Shown here in pieces: positions 17,697 through 27,157 of a stretch of DNA of 44,978 nucleotides. The notes under the pieces were generated by a model. The model ran no database searches, had not been told where the DNA came from, and saw nothing but the letters and a program-made list of their open reading frames with translations. Source of the DNA: Candidatus Pacearchaeota archaeon. Its GTDB lineage: Archaea > Nanobdellota > Nanobdellia > Pacearchaeales > GW2011-AR1. Both the position numbers and the translations under genes were made by a program. Position 1 is the stretch's first letter. Every line of letters starts with the position of its first letter. The DNA lies in the NCBI GenBank assembly GCA_023139205.1, contig JAGLOA010000005.1:1-44978 (forward strand). The letters are read 5' to 3'.

Positions 17697-18364
17697 CCCA
17701 GCATCTCCTTAAATTCTTTTAAGTTAATAGCATTTCCATCTAACGAATTAATTTTATTTTTCAACCTAATATCTTCTGTAACTAAAACAAAATTATTTTT
17801 TATTGCAACTTCACCTATTAAAGCATCTTCAGTATGTTTTAAATTTTCTTTTCTTATCTCTTCCAATAATTTTGCATCTCCCAGTCTCGCTTCCCCCAAT
17901 CTAGAAAGACTTAAAACAAAAGAATTTGTGGGAATAACAATTGGGGACAATTTTGTCATAAACAAAATTAATCTTGCCCTTTTATCTTCATCAGGACATT
18001 TGCTTATCTCATCTGTTTGAATATGAGTGATATAAAATTCAAAGTCTTCTCTTTTTTCAGAAAGTGATCCAATATTCAAAGTTCCATCAGCAATTAAATC
18101 ATAAATATTGCTATCAAAAATTATTTTTTGTTTTATCTTTTTTTGAGTTGGTTCAATTAGCGACCATTCCCTCAAAATCTTCTCTCCCTCTTTGGTTAGG
18201 TGAAATGCAAGTGAATTATCCCAAAAAAGCAATCCTTCTTCTTTCATTGCTCTCAAAAATCCTGCATTATAACCTTGTTTTTTTAGAGATTCAAAATCCT
18301 CCGAATAATTAGAATTATCTGCCTTATTTATTAATTTTAAAACTTCAGTTTTTTTCTCTTTCAT
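17693..18364 (-). CDS. PIN-domain protein with N-terminal wHTH-like region
   Basis: IIFDSNIY, THIQ.DEI, DALIGE.A, LVTED; FHLTKEGEK wing. Confidence 0.8.
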   Translation of the reverse strand: MKEKKTEVLKLINKADNSNYSEDFESLKKQGYNAGFLRAMKEEGLLFWDNSLAFHLTKEGEKILREWSLIEPTQKKIKQKIIFDSNIYDLIADGTLNIGSLSEKREDFEFYITHIQTDEISKCPDEDKRARLILFMTKLSPIVIPTNSFVLSLSRLGEARLGDAKLLEEIRKENLKHTEDALIGEVAIKNNFVLVTEDIRLKNKINSLDGNAINLKEFKEMLG

Positions 18365-18777
18365 CTCAATCCCAAAATCTTTTTATTTTCTTTGTAATGT
18401 TTAATTATTTTTTCTACAACTTTTAATTGAATTACTTTTACCATGTTGGTATTTTGTTTATTTAATTCTGGATGCAATAAAACTATTCCTTCTTTTAAAT
18501 CATCATCAACTAAATGATAATAATGAAATATTATTTTCTCAATCATCTTAGTCTCCATTGGATTTGATGGGATTAAAAATCCCCAATCACTTTGATTAAC
18601 TTCATCAATTTTCTTTTTCAACGCAACAAGAGGACCATAAACTTTTTCTAATTTTTCTCTTGCTATCTTTTTTTTATCTTCTTGTTTATCTCTCCAAATA
18701 GTAAACCCAATTATTAAAACAGATGCAATTATCGCTCCTGCAAATCCACTAAGCAGAGATATCCATATTTGTTCCAC
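18361..18777 (-). CDS. hypothetical protein with N-terminal TM helix
   Basis: GTG start abuts the hsdM stop; ATGA coupling to the next gene. Confidence 0.75.
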   Translation of the reverse strand: MEQIWISLLSGFAGAIIASVLIIGFTIWRDKQEDKKKIAREKLEKVYGPLVALKKKIDEVNQSDWGFLIPSNPMETKMIEKIIFHYYHLVDDDLKEGIVLLHPELNKQNTNMVKVIQLKVVEKIIKHYKENKKILGLR

Positions 18778-20193
18778 CTAAACCTCCCCCTTAATCTTTT
18801 CAATCAACTCTTTACTCTTTCCCATACTCTCTTCCAACTTCTCTAAAATCTCTTTACTGCTCAAAATTTCCTCCTCTTCTTTTCCATTAGGATTATTGAT
18901 ATCTAAATTATAAGTTCTTTTTTGAATTTCATTAATTGAAACTTTCCAGGCATATTTGTTCTCCTTTCTATTTTCCCACCATTGTTTTTCTAAATCAAAT
19001 TCTTTAATCTGAATTGGCTTTCCCTTATTGTAAGTTTTATATCCTTCTGGAAGAGGGTGTTCAAAATACCAAATTTCTTTTGTTGGTTTTCCTTTTTCAA
19101 AAAATAATAAATTAGTTCTAATTCCAGTGTATGGATTAAATACTCCATTCGGAAGTCTTACTATTGTGTGGAGATTAAATTCTGAAAGTAATTTTTCTTT
19201 TATCCTTGTTTTTACACCTTCCCCAAATAAAAATCCATCAGGCAAAACAATTCCGCATCTTCCTTCATCTCTTAATAATTTCATAATCAAAATCAAAAAT
19301 AAATCTGCTGTTTCTCTTGTCTGAAATCCAGAAGGAAAGTTTTGCTCAATTCCGTCTTCTTCTGCTCCTCCAAAAGGAGGATTTGTAACAACGCAATCAA
19401 CCATATCTTTATCAGTATAATCTCTTAATGGTCTTGATAATGAATTATCATGTTTTATATTTGGCTCTTCAAGATCATGCAAAATCAAATTGGTCATACA
19501 TAATAAATGAGGCAAGGGTTTTTTCTCAATTCCTCTGATATTTTTCTCAATTATTTTAATCTCTTCCACATTATCCAGTTCTTTTTTCATATTTTCTAAA
19601 GCAGAAACTAAAAATCCCCCTGTCCCACAAGCAGGGTCTAAAACAATTTCTCCTAATTTGGGATTAACCATATCAACAATAAATTGGGTAACTGCTCTAG
19701 GGGTATAAAATTCCCCTGCACTTCCTGCACTTTGCAATTCTTTTAATATTGCCTCATAAATATCATTAAACAAATGCCTGTCTTTAGAACTGGTGAAATC
19801 AATTTTATTTATCTCATTAATAACCTGCCTCATTAAGACGCCATTTTTCATATAATTATAAGTATCCTCAAAAACCTGCCTTACAATGGCTGCTTTTTTA
19901 TTTTTCTCAATCTCTAAACCTTTAATTTTCTCAAACACTTTATCATTAATAAAATCAAGCAATTCTTCTCCAGTAATGCCCTCTTCATCATTTGCCCAAT
20001 TTCTCCATCTAATTTCTTCGGACAAGGGAGATTTATATTTTGAATTTTCTGCTTCTTTCTCCTCTTCCATTGCATCAAAAACTTTTAAAAAAATCATCCA
20101 AGTCATTTGGGAAATTCTTTGTGCATCTCCATCCACTCCGGGATCTTTTCGCATAATGTTCCTTACAGTATGGACTATATTTTGAACCGACAT
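18778..20193 (-). CDS. hsdM: type I N6-adenine methyltransferase
   Basis: GEFYTPR, LDPACGTGGFL, TNPPFGG; MRKDPGVDGDAQR N-terminus. Confidence 0.97.
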   Translation of the reverse strand: MSVQNIVHTVRNIMRKDPGVDGDAQRISQMTWMIFLKVFDAMEEEKEAENSKYKSPLSEEIRWRNWANDEEGITGEELLDFINDKVFEKIKGLEIEKNKKAAIVRQVFEDTYNYMKNGVLMRQVINEINKIDFTSSKDRHLFNDIYEAILKELQSAGSAGEFYTPRAVTQFIVDMVNPKLGEIVLDPACGTGGFLVSALENMKKELDNVEEIKIIEKNIRGIEKKPLPHLLCMTNLILHDLEEPNIKHDNSLSRPLRDYTDKDMVDCVVTNPPFGGAEEDGIEQNFPSGFQTRETADLFLILIMKLLRDEGRCGIVLPDGFLFGEGVKTRIKEKLLSEFNLHTIVRLPNGVFNPYTGIRTNLLFFEKGKPTKEIWYFEHPLPEGYKTYNKGKPIQIKEFDLEKQWWENRKENKYAWKVSINEIQKRTYNLDINNPNGKEEEEILSSKEILEKLEESMGKSKELIEKIKGEV

Positions 20194-20333
20194 ACTAATC
20201 CAAGAAATAACAAGATTTTAAGTTTATCTACTCTTCTTCAACATCCTTCCTTTTACTTAAACTTAACCTAAAACTCTTTTCAATCTCAAAATCTAAAACC
20301 CCAAAACTATCTTGCCTAAACATTAACCTCTTT

Positions 20334-20951
20334 TTATGAAACATAATCTCTAACCCTCCTAATCAAAATAAATTTAAATTCTTTTTCCAAAACCTTCTTA
20401 TTATCCAAAATTCCTTTATCTCTTGTAACAAAAGAAATTTTCTTTTTGTTTTTCTTAGAATATTCATTTGCAATGCAGATAATTTTTAAATCAGCAAAGT
20501 GCAACCCGGGAATTTTCTTTAGATACTTGAATAATTTTCTATTCTTTTTTAAAATCTTTTTCTCTTCATCTTTTTTATCTGGATAATAAGCAACTTTATC
20601 CAACCAAGAACTAATTGAATACAATCTGTCAACTGATTTAATCAAAATATCTACAAGTTTCCCTTCATCAGAAAAGTCATTTGATTTGTGTTTCAGAACA
20701 TTGTAAATATTTGTAAATTTCTTTTCAAGAAAAATTAATTCTTTCTTCCCAACAATTTCTATTCCATTTCCAATATCAAAGGATATCTTATGAAAAATCA
20801 TAATTAAATCGCCTATCTTTTTTTCTAATTCCCAATTCAATGAAAAAGGTATAGGTCTTTTATTTTCTTTAATAAATTTTTTAGTTGCCTTCAAGAACAA
20901 TTTATCATAAATAGAAAGAATAAAAATATTCGTATCAAGAAGAAAACACAA
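20334..20951 (-). CDS. PIN-domain protein
   Basis: FLLDTNIF, EL, ADLKII, FVTRD acidic residues. Confidence 0.75.
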   Translation of the reverse strand: MCFLLDTNIFILSIYDKLFLKATKKFIKENKRPIPFSLNWELEKKIGDLIMIFHKISFDIGNGIEIVGKKELIFLEKKFTNIYNVLKHKSNDFSDEGKLVDILIKSVDRLYSISSWLDKVAYYPDKKDEEKKILKKNRKLFKYLKKIPGLHFADLKIICIANEYSKKNKKKISFVTRDKGILDNKKVLEKEFKFILIRRVRDYVS

Positions 20952-20953
20952 TT

Positions 20954-21559
20954 TTAAACTACCTCAATTTTTTCTAAGGGATGATACCCTCTCCAAATTT
21001 CTTTTATCTTTTTTAAAGAATCTTTTAAATATAAAGTTTCTTTTATTTTTCCAGAAATAAATAAGTAAGATTGCATAAGAGAAGAAGCAATCTCATTCAA
21101 ACTATTTACTTCATTTTGACTTACTTGATTATCATCTAACTTAAATTTTATCAATTTCAATAATTTTTCATTAGAACCAAGCAAATAAAGTGCATCCTTA
21201 AAATGCATATAATTATCTGCTCCATAAACTTCTTTTTGAACTAAAATATCTCTTTCAATTAAAGAATCAATAGATAATGCAACAAGCTCCCCCATCTTCT
21301 TTACCGAAATAGTAACAGGAAAATCATTTTTGGGCTTTGAACTAATTAAAGATTTTAATTTATGAAGAAATTTCACTTCATTATAAGTCCAAACATTTAA
21401 ACTAATTAATTCTTTTATAGAATTATTCATAATCTTGAGGCTATTTTTAAACCAAAAAATATCTAATCTATTTCTAAGGGGGGAAATTTTTAATTTACTA
21501 TACACATCAGTAATTAAATCGTTGTATTCTGCATACTTTACTAAAGATTGCATAACCAT
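20954..21559 (-). CDS. hypothetical protein, possible partner of the PIN protein
   Basis: 201-aa ORF ending 2 nt before the PIN gene, with its own TATA. Confidence 0.7.
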   Translation of the reverse strand: MVMQSLVKYAEYNDLITDVYSKLKISPLRNRLDIFWFKNSLKIMNNSIKELISLNVWTYNEVKFLHKLKSLISSKPKNDFPVTISVKKMGELVALSIDSLIERDILVQKEVYGADNYMHFKDALYLLGSNEKLLKLIKFKLDDNQVSQNEVNSLNEIASSLMQSYLFISGKIKETLYLKDSLKKIKEIWRGYHPLEKIEVV

Positions 21560-21596
21560 ACAATTTCTAAAAATTCATCCTTTTTATAATTTACTT

Positions 21597-23126
21597 TCAT
21601 AACTCATACAACTTTTTAACAATCTTCACTTCAGCCAAAGTATCCAACTCACAATATTTCTCTAAAGCATCTCTAATTTTTTTTCTTTCTTCATCATCAA
21701 CATCTTCATCATAAGTTATTCTTTCATATTCATAACTCGCCAATGCCCCATTTTTAATATCCATCTCATTATAAGACAAATCACTCATCACAGGCAAGAC
21801 ATATTTTATACTTGCAGAACCTTTTTGTTTAGAATCATAATACCAGAAATTTCTAAAGACATCCCAAAGGTCTTTTATTCTTAATTGAATATTTTTCTCA
21901 TACCATTCTTTAAACTCTTGGAAAGCATCTGAACATTCCCTCATAACTCCTTTCTCAAAACCCTGATTGTAAACTAAAATATCTCCTTTATCTCCCAAAC
22001 TATCTTTTAATGCCTGTAAAAATTTTGATCGCGGATTACTTGTTCCTTCTGCTAAAAAAGAAATATGTTTTAATTCAGAATCTTTGCTTTCCTGAACATG
22101 CAATGAGAACTGAAAAGGAATTCTTTGATAAGGTTTCATTCCATCAAACTTAGGAATTGCAGGATTAATTGTTTCAAAATCTAAATAATAAATTGGATAC
22201 TTTAAATTTTTCAAAAAGAAATCAATTTGCTCTTTATCTATATGTTTTCCATTATTTTTGCCCTCTTTAGAGGGTACGCCCTCTCCCAGACCTACTTCCT
22301 CTGGACCTACTTGGTGGTTGGGTGCTGCCAGAAGTCTTTGAATTTTTTGCTTGTCATTTAGTTTAACATCATCTGGAACTTCATTTAACTTTTTAATTCC
22401 TGAATCATATAATTCAAAACATTTCAACTTCCTCATCCTGTAAAATTCAAATACACTTTCCTCTGGAACATCTTTCCAACATTCTTCTTTTATCGGGCAA
22501 TCATAAGGATCACTACAATAAACTCCTATTGAACAATTTGGCTCTCCTTCAGATTCAATAATTTTAATCATATTCTTTATTCTTCCTTTAATTCCTTTTG
22601 AAAATTCTTCGACCTTTTCAGTTATATCTGTCTGAACAAAAAATTCTTTTGGCTCAATCTCTCCATCCTTAACACATTCATTATTAATATGCATCAAAAA
22701 ACATTTTCTTATTTTCAATCCTGTTTTTTCATAAACATATTTCTGAAAAGAAACATCATGAATATTCACCTCCTTTACTTTTGTTGCACTTTTTACTTCA
22801 ATAATATCCCATTTATTTCCGACAGGAGAAAGAACATCTGCTCTTGAAAAAAGTCCTTCTTCTAAAAAACCTGCTTCAAATAAAGGGACTTTCTTATTCA
22901 ACTTTTTTTTAGTGCTATCAATATTTTTCTTAAATCCCAACTCTGCCAAATCAATTCCGTCTTCAAAAACCTTTTTAGCATATTCTCCAATTATCTTCCC
23001 CACATCAAACTTTTGCTGAGCAAGTTTATCTGGTTCTGGAATTCTCTCTTTATCATTAATTTTAACCCATAATAATTTGGGGCATTGTAATCCCAAAAGA
23101 TAATTTGATTTTGTTAAAAATGCCAT
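21597..23126 (-). CDS. DUF2779-type protein (Cas4-like PD-(D/E)XK + RNase H-like domain)
   Basis: CPKLLW, RADVL...IIEVKS, C..PYDC...EC, YLDFET, PYQRIPFQFS, YCELDT. Confidence 0.85.
   Translation of the reverse strand: MAFLTKSNYLLGLQCPKLLWVKINDKERIPEPDKLAQQKFDVGKIIGEYAKKVFEDGIDLAELGFKKNIDSTKKKLNKKVPLFEAGFLEEGLFSRADVLSPVGNKWDIIEVKSATKVKEVNIHDVSFQKYVYEKTGLKIRKCFLMHINNECVKDGEIEPKEFFVQTDITEKVEEFSKGIKGRIKNMIKIIESEGEPNCSIGVYCSDPYDCPIKEECWKDVPEESVFEFYRMRKLKCFELYDSGIKKLNEVPDDVKLNDKQKIQRLLAAPNHQVGPEEVGLGEGVPSKEGKNNGKHIDKEQIDFFLKNLKYPIYYLDFETINPAIPKFDGMKPYQRIPFQFSLHVQESKDSELKHISFLAEGTSNPRSKFLQALKDSLGDKGDILVYNQGFEKGVMRECSDAFQEFKEWYEKNIQLRIKDLWDVFRNFWYYDSKQKGSASIKYVLPVMSDLSYNEMDIKNGALASYEYERITYDEDVDDEERKKIRDALEKYCELDTLAEVKIVKKLYEL
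22259..22276 (-). repeat. expanded palindromic element (TACCCTCTAAAGAGGGCA) inside a GC-rich in-frame insertion
   Basis: Same TACCC-TAAA-GGGCA core as 7763-7783 plus 2 extra base pairs. Confidence 0.65.
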
Positions 23127-23182
23127 AAAAAAACAAAAATTCTCTTATTTTTAATTCTTCCTACAAACCAAAATTCTCAACT

Positions 23183-23500
23183 TTATTTTTTTATTCTTGT
23201 TAAAATATTTATAGATAAAACTAACAAGATAACATCTACAATTATTGTTGGCAAACCAAATTGATAGATTATAGATAAAATTAAATCAATTAATGCTATA
23301 AAGATGACCATGATTAATCCCCATCTAGTTTTTTTTAATATTCCTGCTAAAGCAATAAGATATAAAACTCCAAAAATTAATGCTATAAAAAAAGAAACAC
23401 TAATAATTGTTTGTCCTGGCATAAGGAATATAAGTGATTGTCCAAGAACTCTAATTGCAAGTAAAATCATTAAGATTATTGCGGATGAACTATATTTCAT
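23183..23500 (-). CDS. membrane protein (4 TM)
   Basis: Almost entirely hydrophobic. Confidence 0.8.
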   Translation of the reverse strand: MKYSSSAIILMILLAIRVLGQSLIFLMPGQTIISVSFFIALIFGVLYLIALAGILKKTRWGLIMVIFIALIDLILSIIYQFGLPTIIVDVILLVLSINILTRIKK

Positions 23501-23595
23501 AAATTTTTTCTATTTTGAGTATTTAAAAATTTTGTTGTGATTAATTTTTCTTTTATTTTCTCTTAAATCTATTTCTCTCTCAATTTTAGAATCCT

Positions 23596-23868
23596 CTACA
23601 ATCCAAAATTCTCAACAAAATTCTCAATGACTTTGTATTCCTGTAAAAATTCCTGTCCTTTTTTTGTCAGAGAAAAAGTCTTCTTTTCTTTTTCATCAAT
23701 ATCCAACTTAATAAATTTCTTGCTAATCAACTCATTAATATATTCTTTAAACATTTGAGGAGACAAATTAGAAGCATACAATAATCTTGTTGGTTTTATC
23801 TGGCGATTTTCTTTAATTGCATTAAGAATATCCTTGATTACATTTAACCTTTCTCTTTTCTTTGACAT
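23596..23868 (-). CDS. archaeal winged-helix transcription regulator
   Basis: KRERL.VI.DIL, TRLLYASNLS, FSLTKKG.EFL. Confidence 0.9.
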   Translation of the reverse strand: MSKKRERLNVIKDILNAIKENRQIKPTRLLYASNLSPQMFKEYINELISKKFIKLDIDEKEKKTFSLTKKGQEFLQEYKVIENFVENFGL

Positions 23869-23869
23869 T

Positions 23870-24538
23870 TTATTTAGTTGTTACTTTAATTACCCCATAT
23901 AAAAATAATAAAAAGATAATTAGATTTAAGAGATAAATAATTATTAAAATTCCCTGATTTAAATCAATTAATAGTAATGTAAGGGCGTTTAATGACCATG
24001 CAATAAGACTTAACATCATTGCTATAAAATAAAATTTAAGGAATTTGTGGCGTCTTCCGTTTTTCCTGTAATTTATATAAGCTATAATTGAGATAAAGGC
24101 AAAAAGAATAATCTGTGAACAAAACATAATAAAACCTGTTTTCCACAAATAATCTAAAAATACAATTATGAAACCCATAATATAAAAAATAAGGATATTC
24201 AAATTAAACAATGAACTAGAATAATCTGCTTTAGCAGTTTCTATTTTTTTCCATAAAAGACTATAAAGCAAGAAAAATCCAGCCATAATAAAAAAACATT
24301 TGAATATTGTTAAAGATAAAAATTTATAATCTGAAAATAATCCAAGAAAATATCTAGAAATAAAACCAAGCCCATAAAAAAGAAATGCATTTCTAAGATA
24401 TCTAATTCCATTGTGTGAACTAAGGCGAAAAAGCCTGTCTGTTTTAAAAACTATAATTGCACAAATAAAAACAATTGCTAATGCATAAAAAATTTTAATT
24501 AATTCTTTGTTCTCAATAATAAAATTATAAAACCACAT
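23870..24538 (-). CDS. 7-TM membrane protein, co-transcribed with the wHTH regulator
   Basis: About 7 hydrophobic helices; 1-nt gap to the regulator. Confidence 0.8.
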   Translation of the reverse strand: MWFYNFIIENKELIKIFYALAIVFICAIIVFKTDRLFRLSSHNGIRYLRNAFLFYGLGFISRYFLGLFSDYKFLSLTIFKCFFIMAGFFLLYSLLWKKIETAKADYSSSLFNLNILIFYIMGFIIVFLDYLWKTGFIMFCSQIILFAFISIIAYINYRKNGRRHKFLKFYFIAMMLSLIAWSLNALTLLLIDLNQGILIIIYLLNLIIFLLFLYGVIKVTTK

Positions 24539-24570
24539 AAAATTAGATTTTCCCTGATTTATTAAAGTTA

Positions 24571-24955
24571 TAGATACTTTGAATATATATTTCTCCTATA
24601 TACTTTTACTTCTGATTGCTTATAAAGAGTTTTTCTTTAAGATAATTATAAATTAAATAGGAGATGATATAAAACAAAAAAATTTAACCTCAAACCTCTT
24701 GGCAGGGTTTTATTTAATAAATGCAAAATGATGGCTGGATTTAATCCAAATATCTTGCTACTAAAATAAAACCTTGCCTTTAACTATCTCACTCCCATTA
24801 TGCTCACATCATCGAAATCACATTATAAGCTCGTAATTAAATAAATCATGAAATCAATTTTGATTTCAAAGTAAAAAAGATGGATGAAGATATACCCCCC
24901 TAACAAATAAAAGAAGTGATGCTTTAAAGTGAGATATTTCCCTTAAGAGTATCTA
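24571..24955 (+). ncRNA. candidate large structured intergenic RNA
   Basis: Stems 24571-79/24947-55, 24592-99/24657-64, 24701-15/24764-78, 24785-93/24928-36, 24849-57/24860-68. Confidence 0.35.
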
Positions 24956-24967
24956 AGAAATAGAATC

Positions 24968-27133
24968 TTAACTTATTTCTTCACTTAGCTCATCAAAACC
25001 TTTTTGCAGAGAATTTAAATCTAATGTAAGATCTTCAATTGTATTTCCTTCACTAATTTCAACTTCCATGGTTTGTTTTTTTCCGCCAAACAAATTTTTA
25101 AACCAGTTTACTATTTTTGAAAAAACTCCTTGATTTGATGTTTCTCTAATTGCTCCTCCAGTTATAGTTGGATCAAATTCTTCTCCTGGATTTTCATGAC
25201 CTGGTTCATAACTATCTGGTCCTGTTCCAGAATCATCTCCAAATTCACCTGAAGCATCTTTACATTCTATATCTACAATACATTCATAACCTTCACCAGA
25301 GTCTCCATAAATCGGCTCTCCATAACAATGTTCACATCTTGAAGTACATGCATTTTCTTTTTCTTCTAATTGTTCTTCAGTTATACAAGCACCTTCATAT
25401 AATCCAACACATTTTTCAGCACACTCTCTGCATCTTGGATTTTGCTCTCCTGCTCCTTCTTCCTGTCCTGGCATACAGGTTACTCCTGGTCCAACACATT
25501 CCATAATGCACATTTCTTCTTTGCTCATATCAGGCATACCTTCCATATCCTCCCTGTCGTCCATCTCTGGTCCTTTTCTCATTCCACATTCATCTTCACA
25601 TTTTTCTAAATTCTTTTCCATGCATGCAAACATTCCATCATCACACCCTCTAACAATACATTTTTCCATACAAGCTTCTGCTTCAGGATCTTCTCCAGGT
25701 CCATGAGGTCCTATTATTATTTTTTTAAGTTTATCACAACTTCCTACACAGCTAATATCTTGTTTTATTAAATCTTCAGTTCCTCTAAAAGTAGTATAAT
25801 ACCTTCTTGGAACACCATATTCTGCACTTTCTCCATCAGCCATATAAACGATTATTTTACAAATTCCTTCAGAAAAAGAAAGATCAATCTTAACAATTTT
25901 ACCATCTGGGTCTGGAGGAACAAAGGATTCAACATCTTTATATTTGTCACAATTTCTAACTTTTTCTAAAGAAGATTTTTCTTTTTCAACCCATTGCTTT
26001 AATTCATCTTTATTTTGAAAAGGTCCTCCATAAAATTCCTCATACTGCTCAAACATTTCTTCAGCAATATAATCTTCTGTTGGCATTTTTCCTTCGATAA
26101 TTCCTGTTGTAACATCAGAAAGAGTTTTTTTCAAAGACTGCACATTAGACAAAATTTCTCTTCTTTTATCTTCGCTTAAATTTCCCATTGCTAAATCAAT
26201 TTTAATATCCTGTATCTTATTTTCAACACCCTCTAATCTTTCTTTTGCTTCATCAAAAATCTCTCCTTCAAAATTTTCAAGTTTAGTTTTAATTAAACCA
26301 ATACCATCTTCCATTTTTTCCAGTCTTTTAGCTGAATTCTCTATTTCTTTCTGGGTTATTTTTCCTAATTCTTTTTTTATCTTAATTGTTTCCTGCTCCC
26401 TTAAAATACATCTTGGCTCTCCTTTAATTAAAGTGAATTTTCCACCATCTTTCTTGCACATAATAGCCTGCTCTTTTAAAGGGTCTTCTTTATATTTTTC
26501 TTTTAGTTTTTCATCAAATTGTTTTTTGAAATTTTCATTAATACACATAACTGAAGAGCAACCACCTTCATCAACAAAATGCTCAACTTTGCCTTGACAA
26601 GTTTTTTCAACTTCATCTAATTCTTCCTGTGTTGGACATTCTGTGCTTGCAAATCCTGCATTACCCTGCTTAATACATACTGGATTACCTTCAACAATCT
26701 CAAATTTTCCATCACAATTATCCATCTCATTTTTAATATTAAATTCATTAAATTCCTGCTTATCAAAATCACATTCCATCTGCATTATTCCATTTCCAGT
26801 TTCTTTCATCTTACATCCTTCTGGAATTTCTTCTTCCCCAAAATATTCTTTTTCAGATTCAGGGAAATCTTTTCTTTCAAAATCTTCATAATCCTCAGAA
26901 GTATCTTTTTCTTCAAAATCTTTAGAATCATCAAAACTTTCTTGTGGAGTGTTGGAAGGAGAATCCATATTTTCTTCATTAGGGGAAAAAATTTCATCTT
27001 CAGGAGATTCACTTTGCTCATAAACTTCTGGTATTTGTTCTTGTTCAGGATCTGTTTCTTCCTGTGCAAATGAAACAGGAGTTAGAATTAACATACACAA
27101 AACTAAAAATACAAATACCTGCCCCTTTTTCAT
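24968..27133 (-). CDS. large secreted acidic Cys-rich protein with coiled coil
   Basis: Signal peptide MKKGQ...VSFA, many CxxxC, ITGGAI and amphipathic FSKIVNWFKNLFG near the C-terminus. Confidence 0.85.
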   Translation of the reverse strand: MKKGQVFVFLVLCMLILTPVSFAQEETDPEQEQIPEVYEQSESPEDEIFSPNEENMDSPSNTPQESFDDSKDFEEKDTSEDYEDFERKDFPESEKEYFGEEEIPEGCKMKETGNGIMQMECDFDKQEFNEFNIKNEMDNCDGKFEIVEGNPVCIKQGNAGFASTECPTQEELDEVEKTCQGKVEHFVDEGGCSSVMCINENFKKQFDEKLKEKYKEDPLKEQAIMCKKDGGKFTLIKGEPRCILREQETIKIKKELGKITQKEIENSAKRLEKMEDGIGLIKTKLENFEGEIFDEAKERLEGVENKIQDIKIDLAMGNLSEDKRREILSNVQSLKKTLSDVTTGIIEGKMPTEDYIAEEMFEQYEEFYGGPFQNKDELKQWVEKEKSSLEKVRNCDKYKDVESFVPPDPDGKIVKIDLSFSEGICKIIVYMADGESAEYGVPRRYYTTFRGTEDLIKQDISCVGSCDKLKKIIIGPHGPGEDPEAEACMEKCIVRGCDDGMFACMEKNLEKCEDECGMRKGPEMDDREDMEGMPDMSKEEMCIMECVGPGVTCMPGQEEGAGEQNPRCRECAEKCVGLYEGACITEEQLEEKENACTSRCEHCYGEPIYGDSGEGYECIVDIECKDASGEFGDDSGTGPDSYEPGHENPGEEFDPTITGGAIRETSNQGVFSKIVNWFKNLFGGKKQTMEVEISEGNTIEDLTLDLNSLQKGFDELSEEIS

Positions 27134-27157
27134 AAAGAAAAGAATGAATTTTAATTT

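Noticed and set aside
20228-20323. 31-aa minus-strand ORF MFRQDSFGVLDFEIEK...
   Set aside because: Short, in a highly skewed tract, no recognisable parent gene.
21597-23126. Cas4-like nuclease suggesting CRISPR-Cas
   Set aside because: No repeat-spacer array or other cas genes seen; the architecture fits DUF2779.
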